Below, one piece after another: positions 18,093 through 28,600 of a stretch of 64,000 bases of DNA. Every line of letters starts with the position of its first letter. Position 1 is the stretch's first letter. Origin of the DNA: a virus. Location of the stretch: the UHGV virus genome UHGV-0036582; one strand, given 5' to 3'. A program made the translations under genes and the position numbers. The notes beneath the pieces are model-generated. The model saw nothing but the letters and a program-made list of their open reading frames with translations, was not told where the DNA came from and made no database searches.

Positions 18093-19355
18093 TTACTTTG
18101 CATAGTCGCCCAATTTTAATATTTCGCGCTTATATTCATTAACCATGCTACTGGATTCAGTATAAATTCGATTTAAAAGATTATCGTTATCTTTATTTTC
18201 ATTTATCTTAATTAGTGCTAATTTATATTCATAGTCATCAAATGCCACAATTAAATGGTGGCCTGGGATTATATCTTCGTCACTCTTAAAGTATATATCT
18301 TCAAGTATGTAATCTAGTTGATTAGATTTTCTTTTCTCGATGTAATCTTCAGCCATAGCTATTACATCATTCCTGTCATTTAACCTGTTTTTTTCGGAAG
18401 GCACATCTTCGTAATGTTGCACGATTGAACAACCAATAAGGCGTGGGATGTAAACGTCAAAATGAGTAACTCTATCATTCGCGGTTTTAAGTAGTTCCTC
18501 AAAGTAGTTTCTTACATGTAAAGGCAACTTCTCAAAGTAATCATTAATTATAGGAGAACAAGGAGTTTTATAATTCATAAGAACCGACGGTACGAGCTTT
18601 GGGTGTCGAAACATCCAGTCCCTTTTAACGTCCGATGGAACATAATAACTTTTAATGATATTATCAAAATAATTTATCATTCGAGATTTGAATATTTTGT
18701 TGAATCTAAGGTTTATGAATGTATCCAGATAAGGCATATTTGAATAAGCATCATCAAAAAATATTTCATCATTGAAAAAATCATATTTATTCAATAAACA
18801 ACACAGTTTTTCCGAATTAATATGTTCACAATAATCGATTTTTAATCCAAAGATAGCAATGATCAACTTCATCTGAGGTGGGATTTTAAAAATTAATTGT
18901 GACACATACGCTCTTTTTTCCTTGAGACATTCCCCATCAATATAAAATGAACCATCCACATACTCAAATATATTAATAATATGCTTCACATACTGTATTA
19001 CCTCATGCTGTCTTACCAATGGATAATATAGTCTATGTAACTCATCGCTGTTTAAATTAATTTTGTGTTTATCGATAATTTGTTTTGCAAGAAGACATAA
19101 CTCATCATGTTGATTTAATAAGGAATCAAACCATTGTTTAAATGCACTCTTTCGCATTTCGAACAATGATTCAGTTGTTAATTGAAGGGCTGAAAAAGCT
19201 GCTTTTGCACTTTTTCTCGCTTCGTAGGCATTCCATGCTGTTGCTATAAAAGCAAATGCTGTAGCCAATGTTCCAACAGTTTGACCATTTAAAACAACCC
19301 AATCCCAAAAAATGACGGTGAGCAGTAGTATAATAATGAAAATTAAAAAAGGCAT
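18093..19355 (-). CDS. Low-GC membrane-anchored protein of unknown function (two N-terminal TM helices, about 350-aa cytoplasmic domain)
   Basis: 420-aa ORF, visibly far more AT-rich than its neighbours; TM helices FLIFIIILLLTVIFWDWVVL and LATAFAFIATAWNAY; Asn/Tyr/Phe/Lys/Asp-rich remainder with no recognisable catalytic motif. Confidence 0.6.
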   Translation of the reverse strand: MPFLIFIIILLLTVIFWDWVVLNGQTVGTLATAFAFIATAWNAYEARKSAKAAFSALQLTTESLFEMRKSAFKQWFDSLLNQHDELCLLAKQIIDKHKINLNSDELHRLYYPLVRQHEVIQYVKHIINIFEYVDGSFYIDGECLKEKRAYVSQLIFKIPPQMKLIIAIFGLKIDYCEHINSEKLCCLLNKYDFFNDEIFFDDAYSNMPYLDTFINLRFNKIFKSRMINYFDNIIKSYYVPSDVKRDWMFRHPKLVPSVLMNYKTPCSPIINDYFEKLPLHVRNYFEELLKTANDRVTHFDVYIPRLIGCSIVQHYEDVPSEKNRLNDRNDVIAMAEDYIEKRKSNQLDYILEDIYFKSDEDIIPGHHLIVAFDDYEYKLALIKINENKDNDNLLNRIYTESSSMVNEYKREILKLGDYAK

Positions 19356-19529
19356 GTATGTATTTCACTCTACTAACTATAAAATATTAGGCTAATGTTA
19401 ACCAAACAATGCCTTAATTAATAGATTGATCGAGGCTTTAATAGCTTTATAATGCAGACTGTAAAGATAAGTATGCACATACCTATCTTCTTTGTAAGTA
19501 AAGTTGCATATCAATTCTATGAGGTAACA

Positions 19530-19775
19530 ATGACGATCACTATCTACGGACGAGATAACTGCTCATACTGCAAACGTGCGGTCGAGCTGGCGAAGCAACT
19601 AAAGGGACATGGCTACGGTGATTATGAGTACATCGACATCACCACTGCCGGTATCGACAAGGAAAAACTAAGTGAAATTGTTGGTAAACCGGTAGAGACT
19701 ATCCCCCAAGTGCTGATCGATGGCCAACCGATTGGCGGATACACAGAACTGGCTGCATACGTCAGCACCCTCTGA
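19530..19775 (+). CDS. Glutaredoxin or NrdH-like redoxin
   Basis: Start set at the ATG at 19530; MTITIYGRDNCSYCKRAVELAK with a CxxC active site (CSYC); about 81 aa; GG pair near the C-terminus. Confidence 0.7.
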   Translation: MTITIYGRDNCSYCKRAVELAKQLKGHGYGDYEYIDITTAGIDKEKLSEIVGKPVETIPQVLIDGQPIGGYTELAAYVSTL

Positions 19776-19779
19776 TTTT

Positions 19780-19805
19780 AACGGCTCACAGGAGCCGTTT
19801 TTATT
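19780..19805 (+). terminator. Rho-independent terminator
   Basis: aacggctc-acag-gagccgtt followed by tttttatt. Confidence 0.75.
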
Positions 19806-19855
19806 CCCACCAAACTCACTCCCGTTTCCCTTAAAATTCAAAAAACAACGTCAAA

Positions 19856-19886
19856 ATGATTCCATACCTACTATGTATGGAATCAT
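19856..19886. promoter_or_regulatory. Candidate tyrosine-recombinase core site: 12-bp perfect inverted repeats around a 7-bp spacer
   Basis: atgattccatac-ctactat-gtatggaatcat, about 100 bp upstream of the recombinase gene; geometry resembles lox/dif-type sites. Confidence 0.4.
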
Positions 19887-19985
19887 TGCTGAAAATGAGT
19901 TACTTTTACTCTTGATCCTATAAGAATCTATGCCTAATATACTGTTTACTTATACAGTGCATCGGCGTAACTCGGTGATTGTCAT

Positions 19986-21089
19986 ATGAAAAATAGCTTT
20001 GACAGAGCACGCGCTGCGGAGAACACCTCAAAAGAGGCGATAGAGTATCTCGAAAGAGCATCTCAAATGCAGGCCGTTATGATCTCCCAGGTCAGCAATG
20101 ACATGAGATTCTCGGACGCATTCATGTTATTCACTCGCTTATCTCTGCTGATAACCAGACGTCGGCCAGAGATCGCTGTTCATTGTATTTTGATACATGT
20201 TTTGCCGCACCTTGCCGATGTAAAAGTAAGTGACATTAATAGGTTCATGGTGAACCAACTGGTCAACCCACTAATACTGGATGGCAAAATTGTTATGGGC
20301 CGCCGCGTTTTCTCTCTGATGAAGCAGTTCCTTAGCTGGTGCGCCTTCCAGGGGATGATAGACGTGTCACCGTTAAACGATATGTCACTTAACAATGTTG
20401 CCGGTGGCGCAAAGCCCACACCTCGCGAGCGGAAGCTGACCGACGCAGAGGTATGGGTGTTCTGGAATATATGGGACTACTTCAATGTGTGCGCTGGTAC
20501 AAAATGGGCGGCCAGGCTATGTCTTGTATCCGCAAGACGACCTGACGAAGTACTGCGGGCTAAAAAAAGTGAGTTCAACCTCCAGCGTGGGGTTTGGAAT
20601 CAAGGCAAGAGAAACAAATCAGCCCGTGAGCATTCTCTGCCTTTAAGCACATTAATGCGCACATGCATTGAAGAGTTATTCGAATATGGTAAAGGCAGCC
20701 AGTGGCTTGTGCCTTCGAATAAAAAAATCGGGAATGATCTTCCGATGTCTAAAGTGGCAATAGCCCAGGCATTACGCCGTATCCTGGAACGACCAGAACT
20801 GATGGAGCTTGAGCCATTTACACCCCGAGATTTGCGTCGTACTGCGCGTAGTTACTTCCCAGCATTAGGCATAAGCCAGGAGGTATCACGCAAAATCATG
20901 AACCACAGTCTTGAGGGGATAGATCGGGTCTACGACCGGCACGATTATATGGACGAGATGCGAGACGCCTTAGAAAGTTTCTCGACGTACATCGCATCAA
21001 TCGTAGAGCAACCGGATTTAGACGAAATTGACCACAAATTCAAGGGAGATCGTCTATCAACAGAGCTTATTCGTGTAAATTTTTCATAG
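19986..21089 (+). CDS. Tyrosine recombinase (integrase or resolvase family)
   Basis: Segments consistent with the catalytic R..K..H.R..H..Y set: VSARRPDEV, PRDLRRTARS, MNHS, RVYDRHDY. Confidence 0.75.
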   Translation: MKNSFDRARAAENTSKEAIEYLERASQMQAVMISQVSNDMRFSDAFMLFTRLSLLITRRRPEIAVHCILIHVLPHLADVKVSDINRFMVNQLVNPLILDGKIVMGRRVFSLMKQFLSWCAFQGMIDVSPLNDMSLNNVAGGAKPTPRERKLTDAEVWVFWNIWDYFNVCAGTKWAARLCLVSARRPDEVLRAKKSEFNLQRGVWNQGKRNKSAREHSLPLSTLMRTCIEELFEYGKGSQWLVPSNKKIGNDLPMSKVAIAQALRRILERPELMELEPFTPRDLRRTARSYFPALGISQEVSRKIMNHSLEGIDRVYDRHDYMDEMRDALESFSTYIASIVEQPDLDEIDHKFKGDRLSTELIRVNFS

Positions 21090-21470
21090 AGACTTTATGG
21101 CCTCAACAACCTTTTGTGATGCGCCTTTCTCTTTACCGAATCGCTCGTTATATGCAGCAAGAACCTGTTTTTCGTCCTCGTTAAGAGGCGCAGTGCCTTC
21201 TTTGTATAAAAATGCTGCGAGTTCAGGTTGGCGTTCTTCCAGCACCATCATCATAAGACGACTTGGCTCAATACCCAGCGCCAGCGCCAGCGGACGAACC
21301 TTATCGATAGGCAAAGGAATTTTGCCACTTTTAATTAAAGAAAGGTTGTTGGCATTTTTATAACCAATAAGTCTAGCTATTTGGGCCTGACTCATAGGTG
21401 AGGATTCAATCAGCCCTGCGATAAAAGCAGCATAGCGACTTTCTATAAATTCAATCTTGTTGTCAGACAT
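21084..21470 (-). CDS. Helix-turn-helix DNA-binding protein, possible transcriptional regulator
   Basis: 128 aa; HTH-like segment SQAQIARLIGYKNANNLSLIKSGK; convergent with the recombinase gene. Confidence 0.5.
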   Translation of the reverse strand: MSDNKIEFIESRYAAFIAGLIESSPMSQAQIARLIGYKNANNLSLIKSGKIPLPIDKVRPLALALGIEPSRLMMMVLEERQPELAAFLYKEGTAPLNEDEKQVLAAYNERFGKEKGASQKVVEAIKSL

Positions 21471-21721
21471 TGTTACAACCTTTGCGCGTTTAATTCTCTC
21501 TGGTAAGTGCTTACCGATATTACATCAAAGGTTAGGGTTGTAAAGCTATTATCATTTTTTTCGGCAGGCACTTGTAAGACCGAGCAAAGGCCCACGCATG
21601 GAGAAAAACTAGCCCAAAATAGGTAAGAAAATTAACTTGCATCTGATATGGATGTATTCAGTATTGATATAATTTTTAGTAGTATTCCTTACCATAGTAT
21701 AAGTTAGAATGGATTGATTGA

Positions 21722-21934
21722 ATGAACACCACTATTTCCAGCCTAATCGCTCTTGAGATCGGACACGTACAAAAATTAGCTGATGAATGTGTAGCTGACA
21801 TTCTCACCGATCTACCGAATGAGCAGATTCAGGTTGGTGTGAATGACACAACTGGCTTTATATTCGAACTTAACAACAAACGCTTCACGCTTCTCAATAC
21901 CGGCTCCGGGTCTTTAGCCGTCAGAATCTGTTAA
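21722..21934 (+). CDS. Hypothetical small protein
   Basis: 70-aa ORF after an AT-rich intergenic region. Confidence 0.3.
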   Translation: MNTTISSLIALEIGHVQKLADECVADILTDLPNEQIQVGVNDTTGFIFELNNKRFTLLNTGSGSLAVRIC

Positions 21935-22032
21935 CCCCTCTTCTCCCTGCGCGAATGGCTTAGTTCCCTGTTCGCGCAGTGCTACATTAAACATACTAGT
22001 AAATAATTTGTTTTCATAACAAAGGATTAGCC

Positions 22033-24132
22033 ATGTCTAAAAAACGTTCCATCAAAGAGGTTCAGGACTTCCGTGACAGTGTAAAACGAGTAGTCGCTCT
22101 CCTTTCAGGTAAAAACATCCCTGTTGCAGAACGAGGGGACGACGCTTATGTACGCTATAACGATGATGGAGAGCCAATTCTCGTAAACATCCCATCAATC
22201 CCGGATAACGCAACACCAGCATTGATGAATGCTGTGCGCGGATTTCTCGATCATGAGGTTGCTCACATTTTGTTTACCGATATTCATGTGTCCAACAAAA
22301 TGAGAGAAAAAGGACGCGTTCCTTCCTGGTCGCTATGGAATGCCTTAGAAGACGTGTTTATCGAGCGAAAAATGGGGCAGGTCTTTAACGGAACAAGACG
22401 TAATCTGATGGCAACTCAGCGCCTTATAATCGAAAAAGTCTTTAAACCAAAGGCTTCAGAGGCTATTACTTATTGTGGCAAAGATCAGCGCGCGCTTTTT
22501 CTAAACTTCTTTCTCTGTCCGGTTGTAAGAGCCTGGGATGGCCAAGCACCGTTCGTAGATTTCATGGATGAATACTGGCCTGTCATTGAGAAACCAATTT
22601 CATTATTAAAAGAACATGGTATCGATGTGGCCGTGCGTAACATGTCTTGCACCGGGGATTGTTTAAAGGTGGCTGCGACCATCGCTAAGATCCTCAAAGA
22701 CACAGAAAGTGAAAGCAAAGGTAAGGAGTCAGCTCCGGGAAAAACTTCCGATCCTTCAGACGCTGATCACGCGGATTCCTCTGGAGAAGGCGATGAAGAT
22801 CACAAGACACCCGAATCGTTAGATAATCACATATCTATTAAAGAAAATTCAAAAGGTAAGCACAAATACGATAATAACAACAGTGATAATTCAGATAACT
22901 CTGAATCATCAGAAACAATATTCGATGATACAGAAAATGATAAAGAGGTATCAGATTCTGGTGCTTCTGATAACGCGGCGTCAGAAGCATTGACCACTGA
23001 CCACGAAAAAAGAAAATCGACAGAAGACGGCTCTTCAGACATTCCAACTCCGTCAAAAATGAGTCTGGAAGAGGCTTTAGAGGAGTTGGATAGCATGGAA
23101 GATGAAGTCGGAGGCATGACAGAAGATGCGCTATCCGAAACGATTAAAAGCGAGTTAACAGAAAGCTCGAAAAGCGAATACAGGCCATACAATCGCTCAT
23201 ACGACTTCATCGGCTCGATTGATCAGGCAGAAGCCCATATCAAACGGCTTATTAAAACATTCTCCGATATTGATTTAGGTGGATATCCAATCAGCCGTTA
23301 TCGCATCGTTCCTGAAGGCAACCAACTCTTCGACAAATATATTGAAAAGCACCTTTCGTCAGGTGTTTCGTCGACGCTGGCAAAAGACCTGGAACGTGCA
23401 ATAGCAAGCAGAAACAGAGTTCAGTTTATACCTGGCCAGCGTCGGGGGCGCATTCATGGTTCAAGTATCTACAGATTAACAATGAATGATGATCGCGTGT
23501 TTCGTAAAAAAGAAGAATCTAAAGCCGTTAACGCCTGTGTTCAACAAGTGATTGATTTATCAGGTTCAATGAGTGGTATAACGATACAATTGGCTCTTGC
23601 AAGTGCATATACCATCGCCGATGCCCTTGATCGAATAAATGTTCCCAACATTATCACCGGCTTCACTACATTTGGTAGTCATATGGCGGCAGGAGAACTT
23701 AAGGCTGTCAAGTATGAGTTCTCTCGCTTTGAATCTTTAATGCTACCTATCATCAAAAATTGGAATGAAAAGGTAAATTCTCGCGAAGTTCGCTCACGTA
23801 TGGGGTGCGTAGGCTACACATTCCCACTTCTTAATAACGTGGATGGTGAAAGCATAGCCAGCCTTGCATCGTTATTTTCCGGTCGCATGGAGGACAGGAA
23901 GATCATGCTTGTTCTGAGTGATGGCGCGCCGTGGGCTGTTGGGAGAGGTTTTGACGCTCATTTGCGTTCGGTTGCGAAGCAAATTGAAACGCAGACTGAT
24001 ATTGATTTGATGGCAATTGGCATCATGACTGACGCACCGGAGAGATTTTACTCAAATCATGCCCTGGTAACGAGCGTTGATAGTCTTGGTTCATCTGTAG
24101 TTACTGAACTATCTCGTATCATTTTAAAGTGA
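22033..24132 (+). CDS. vWA-domain protein (CobT-like) with acidic low-complexity linker
   Basis: 699 aa; MIDAS-like motif DLSGSMSG; central Asp/Glu/Ser-rich tract; followed by an AAA+ ATPase gene, the usual CobS/CobT-like pairing seen in large phages. Confidence 0.65.
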   Translation: MSKKRSIKEVQDFRDSVKRVVALLSGKNIPVAERGDDAYVRYNDDGEPILVNIPSIPDNATPALMNAVRGFLDHEVAHILFTDIHVSNKMREKGRVPSWSLWNALEDVFIERKMGQVFNGTRRNLMATQRLIIEKVFKPKASEAITYCGKDQRALFLNFFLCPVVRAWDGQAPFVDFMDEYWPVIEKPISLLKEHGIDVAVRNMSCTGDCLKVAATIAKILKDTESESKGKESAPGKTSDPSDADHADSSGEGDEDHKTPESLDNHISIKENSKGKHKYDNNNSDNSDNSESSETIFDDTENDKEVSDSGASDNAASEALTTDHEKRKSTEDGSSDIPTPSKMSLEEALEELDSMEDEVGGMTEDALSETIKSELTESSKSEYRPYNRSYDFIGSIDQAEAHIKRLIKTFSDIDLGGYPISRYRIVPEGNQLFDKYIEKHLSSGVSSTLAKDLERAIASRNRVQFIPGQRRGRIHGSSIYRLTMNDDRVFRKKEESKAVNACVQQVIDLSGSMSGITIQLALASAYTIADALDRINVPNIITGFTTFGSHMAAGELKAVKYEFSRFESLMLPIIKNWNEKVNSREVRSRMGCVGYTFPLLNNVDGESIASLASLFSGRMEDRKIMLVLSDGAPWAVGRGFDAHLRSVAKQIETQTDIDLMAIGIMTDAPERFYSNHALVTSVDSLGSSVVTELSRIILK

Positions 24133-24227
24133 ACAAAACAGCCTTAATGATAAGTAACCACTTACGATAGATAATGATATATTTATATAAGAAGTTGAAC
24201 GCTCATTAGAGAACAAAGGAAAAACGC

Positions 24228-25463
24228 ATGACGACTACTGCACTGCAAAATGAAAAAAATCCTTCTGATTACCTTGTTTGCAAGTGGTGCGGCAAATCAT
24301 TTCACTATTTTAAGTCCCATGTAGCCAATGGTAATTGCGAGGGCATTCCTGAGTCAGTAAAAGATGCCGATCCTGACACCGTACTGAAAATGTACACAAC
24401 GCAGTTTCCAGATGAACCAACGCTATCGAAAAAGGCACTTGATGCAATTCAAGCTAAACGTGCCGAGCAAAAAAGCGAAATGGCCAAATCTTCTGGCTTG
24501 ACCAGTAGCCCTGGCTACACAGGCACAGTTGAGTACAAGACAGATCTGGTCGCAGCTCACGAACTGCTAAACGTAACGGTGGAAGAACTCGGAACAAAAC
24601 GTGGGACGCCGCTCATGGTTAGCGTCAACGTCAATACGCCGTATCCAGAGTTCGTTCCCGAAGTGAAGAAAGGCTACGTATATGGCGACTTCGAACTGAT
24701 CAAAGATATTTTCATGATGCTTGAACTTGGCATACCTGGCTATTTGTGGGGTCATGCAGGAACAGGCAAATCGTCATTGCCTACACAGCTATGTGCTTTG
24801 CTCAATCGTCCGTTGATCCGTGCCCAACATACAGCATCAATGGAAGAGGCACATGTTACGGGGCAAATTCTGGCGCGTGATGGCTCTACGTATTTCGAAC
24901 CTGGCTTGCTTGCGCTCGCAATGAAGCATGGCTGGGTTTACCTCGCAGATGAATACGACTTTGCGTTTCCACAAATTCTTGGCGTGTATCAGCCAGTGCT
25001 GGAAGGTGAAGCGTTGGTCATCAAAGAGGCAACTCCAGAATGGCGTCGCATTACTCCGCATGAACGGTTTGCTTTCATTGGCACTGGCAACACGAACGGA
25101 TCTGGTGATGAAACCGGCTTGTACCAGGGTACAAACATCCAGAACGCCGCGAACTTTTCGCGTTTTGGCATCGTTTCGAATGTGAAATACATGAGCAAAG
25201 ACGCAGAGATCAACATGTTGACAAATGCAGGCATCGTGGATGAATACGCTGAAAAGATGGTTAAGTTTGCCGGTATCGTTCGCGATGGATACGAAGAACA
25301 CCTTATTAGTCAGCCAATTGGCCCTCGTGAACTTTTGTTGTCGGCCAAGATTGGAATGATGCGAGGCGACTTTGTGACAGGTATTGAGCGTTCTTTCATT
25401 AACAAACTCCCTTCAGCTTCTGCACAAGCGGCTCGTGAAGTTGTTCAAAAAATATTTGGTTAA
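24228..25463 (+). CDS. MoxR/CobS-like AAA+ ATPase with N-terminal zinc-ribbon
   Basis: Walker A GHAGTGKSS, Walker B-like WVYLADEYD; N-terminal CKWCG...GNCEG cysteine cluster. Confidence 0.7.
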   Translation: MTTTALQNEKNPSDYLVCKWCGKSFHYFKSHVANGNCEGIPESVKDADPDTVLKMYTTQFPDEPTLSKKALDAIQAKRAEQKSEMAKSSGLTSSPGYTGTVEYKTDLVAAHELLNVTVEELGTKRGTPLMVSVNVNTPYPEFVPEVKKGYVYGDFELIKDIFMMLELGIPGYLWGHAGTGKSSLPTQLCALLNRPLIRAQHTASMEEAHVTGQILARDGSTYFEPGLLALAMKHGWVYLADEYDFAFPQILGVYQPVLEGEALVIKEATPEWRRITPHERFAFIGTGNTNGSGDETGLYQGTNIQNAANFSRFGIVSNVKYMSKDAEINMLTNAGIVDEYAEKMVKFAGIVRDGYEEHLISQPIGPRELLLSAKIGMMRGDFVTGIERSFINKLPSASAQAAREVVQKIFG

Positions 25464-25465
25464 TC

Positions 25466-25669
25466 GTGCGTAAAGGATGTTTCGGCTCTCTTATCGCTGC
25501 TTCTGAAACTGGTAAGGCTTGTCTGGTGTGTCCAGACAAGCCCGATTGTCACCAATCAGCAAAAGAAGTTGCGATTTCGATGCATGGGAAGTTCGTAGGC
25601 TTCCCCAATGACAAAATCAAAAAAACCAGAAAGGTAAAAACACATGAAGGCACTGATGGTTCGAACTGA
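25466..25669 (+). CDS. Hypothetical small Cys-rich protein
   Basis: 67-aa ORF with C..C...C.C..C pattern; overlaps the dnaE start. Confidence 0.3.
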   Translation: MRKGCFGSLIAASETGKACLVCPDKPDCHQSAKEVAISMHGKFVGFPNDKIKKTRKVKTHEGTDGSN

Positions 25670-28600
25670 CTTCTCACTTGGGGAGTCGGCTCTAAAAGCA
25701 GAAAACGCGGTGAAGATTGCCAGAGAAGCTGGCTACACCGCTGTAATTTCAGCAGATAGCATGAATATTGCGAGCGTTATTCCACTACAACGTGCCGCTG
25801 GTGACGACATGGCGGTTATTTGTGGTGTGAAACTAAACATTGTTGATGATCCCACATACGAGCACCGGGCTAAACTTGCTAAAGAATCTATGAGATGTAT
25901 GGAATCATTAGAGCGGGGACGTAACTACTCGTTTACCGCTCTAATTAAAAATGAGCAAGGATATCGCGACATCTGCGAACTAATGACGGTGGCCAACACA
26001 CGAGAACAGTTCTACTTTGTACCGCGTCTCTCGCTCGAACAGTTGGTTTCTACATATGCCAAAGGCAACATCATCCTGCTCACTTCCGACATCGGTAGCG
26101 TGTTCCAACGCAACGATTTTGCAAAAATCATAAGCTCACTGATTACAGCGGGCGGGAAAGACAACTTCTATAGCGTGGTTTATCCGCACCCTACCCCATT
26201 CTACGACCAGATTAACGTCCGAGCGATGAAAGTAGCCAGCGCACTGAAAATAGAGCCAGTAGCGTTCTATCCCGCTTATTACGAATCGATCGACGATGCA
26301 GACATTAAAGACATTGCGCACATGGTTACGAACAACATAAAAATCGACCAGCCGCATCGTCTGCGTATCCCCCACCAGCGAGATAACGCCATCAATGGTC
26401 GTCGCCATCTCCTTGAGGCGCTTAAAGCCTTCTCCGTTCGCATGGATGTGCCGGTAACAGCTGCAATGGCCTCAACAACGCAGGACTCCATTATCGATGC
26501 CTGCACATGGCGCTGGCATGAATTGCCACCAGCACTGCCCAAGATGGCAGACGACGAACCTGCAACGCTGATGAAACTGGCTGTTGCAGGGCTGCGTAAA
26601 CGTCTTACCACAAAAGAGTTTGGATACACACCACCTGCTTCTGAGAACAGGGTTTATGTTGAGCGGCTAAAGTACGAAATGGACACGCTGACTCGCCTGG
26701 GATTCTGTGGTTACTTCCTGATGGTACGCGATCTGATGAATCACAGCCGTGAAACTGGCATTCCTGTCGGGCCTGGTCGTGGTTCCTCTGCCGGTTCTCT
26801 GGTGGCGTGGTGCATAGGCATAACCAACGTCGACCCAATCCGTCACGGTCTTCTGTTTGAGCGTTTCATCAACCCTGAGCGTCTCGACTTGCCGGATGCG
26901 GACTTGGACTTCAGCCAGGCACGTCGCCATGAGGTGATCGAGTATCTGAATGAACGCTACGGCGAAGATTACGTTGCAGGCATTCCGAACTTCACCTACC
27001 TGGGCGCAGCCTCTGCACTACGTGACACCGCTCGTATTTATGGTGTGGAGTCCGCAGATATGGCGGTATCAAAAGAACTGAAGAACGTCGAGGATGATAG
27101 CCTTCCATTGGAAGAGCTGCGCGAACAACTGGCAAGTCTCGACAAATACGCAACAAAATATCCTGATGCATTCAATGCAGCCTGCAAGTTACAAAGCCTT
27201 ATGCGTGGCTTTGGTAGACATGCGGCAGGGATGATCGTAGCAGGTGTTCCTCTGACAGAACGTACACCGGTTGAACGCCGTGGTGACGCGCGTTGTATCG
27301 CATTTGACAAGCGTTACTGCGAGGCTATGGGCCTAATTAAGCTGGACGTACTTGGTCTGGCAACTCTCGATTTGCTCGATAGTGCAAAACGCTACATAAA
27401 AGAGAACACAGGTGAAGATATCAATCTTGATGCCATTTCTCTTGAAGATCGCAAGGTGCTGGATGGTTTTGCTGCTGGGTACACTCAAGGTGTTTTCCAG
27501 CTTGAATCAGGCCCAATGCGCAAGCTGCTTAAAGATTTAGGTGGTGGAATTGAGCCAATGAGCTTTAAAACGGTTGTTGCTACGACTGCGCTCTTCCGGC
27601 CGGGTCCAATTCAGTCAGGCATGTTGGATGACTATGTTTCTGTAGCCAAAGGCTTTATGACGCCGGAATCATTACACCCCGTTCTTGATGAACTTACCGC
27701 AGAAACAAATGGCGTGATTCTCTATCAGGAACAGACGATGAACGCGACTCGATTGCTTGCTGGCTTCACAATGGCTGAAGCTGACGGCGTTCGTAAAGCG
27801 ATCGGCAAAAAAGACATGGAAAAAATGAAGAGCATGGGCGAGAAGTTCATCGTTCAGGCTCAAGCTGGCTGGATAGACGTTGAGCTGGAAGATGGCACTA
27901 CACAGCGCATTCACCGTGCGGAACATTTTAAATGCGAAGACGGAACTCTGAAAACTGTCGAAGAGGCACTTGAGTACGGCGCAAAACTACCTATAAACGC
28001 AGTACGCGTTACAGCGTCACATCCAGGGCTATCAGAGATGAAAGCGAAGGAGATCTGGACCGCATTCGAAAAGAATGGTGCCTACCAGTTCAACAAATCA
28101 CACTCTGTTGCTTACTCCTTAATCAGTTATCAATCTATGTGGTTGAAAACTCATTATCCCGCGGAGTTCTTCGCTGCTGCTCTCACTATTCTTGGCGAAG
28201 ATAAACACCAGGGGCTGGTTAAAGATGCGCTGACCTATGGTATTCGCGTATTGCCACCAGACGTTAACGTGTCATCTAACCGAATCGAGATCCGCACGCT
28301 TGAAGATGGCAGCCAGGTGCTGTATGCGCCCTTCTCTGCTGTGAAAGGGTGTTCTGAGAATGGCTGCCAAGCCATCATGAGAGCGCGAGAAAAAGTTGGC
28401 GGCAAATTCGAGTCACTGGCGCAATTCGAAGAAGCTGTCGAGAAACGTGCCTGTAATAGTCGAGTGCGCGAATCACTGCAAAAAGTAGGTGCGTTTGCAT
28501 CCATCGAGCCAGGTAGTCTGCCAGCAACTGATCCAGAGCGTCTCCGCGACCAGGCTGAATTGATGGGAAACCTTGTCATAGACGCAGTTAAAGCCTCACG

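Noticed and set aside
19986-21089. Interpreting the tyrosine recombinase as proof of a chromosomally integrated prophage
   Set aside because: No host flanking sequence or att junction is visible in the window, and the presence of rep/iterons and a ParA system argues for extrachromosomal maintenance; left open as resolvase versus integrase.
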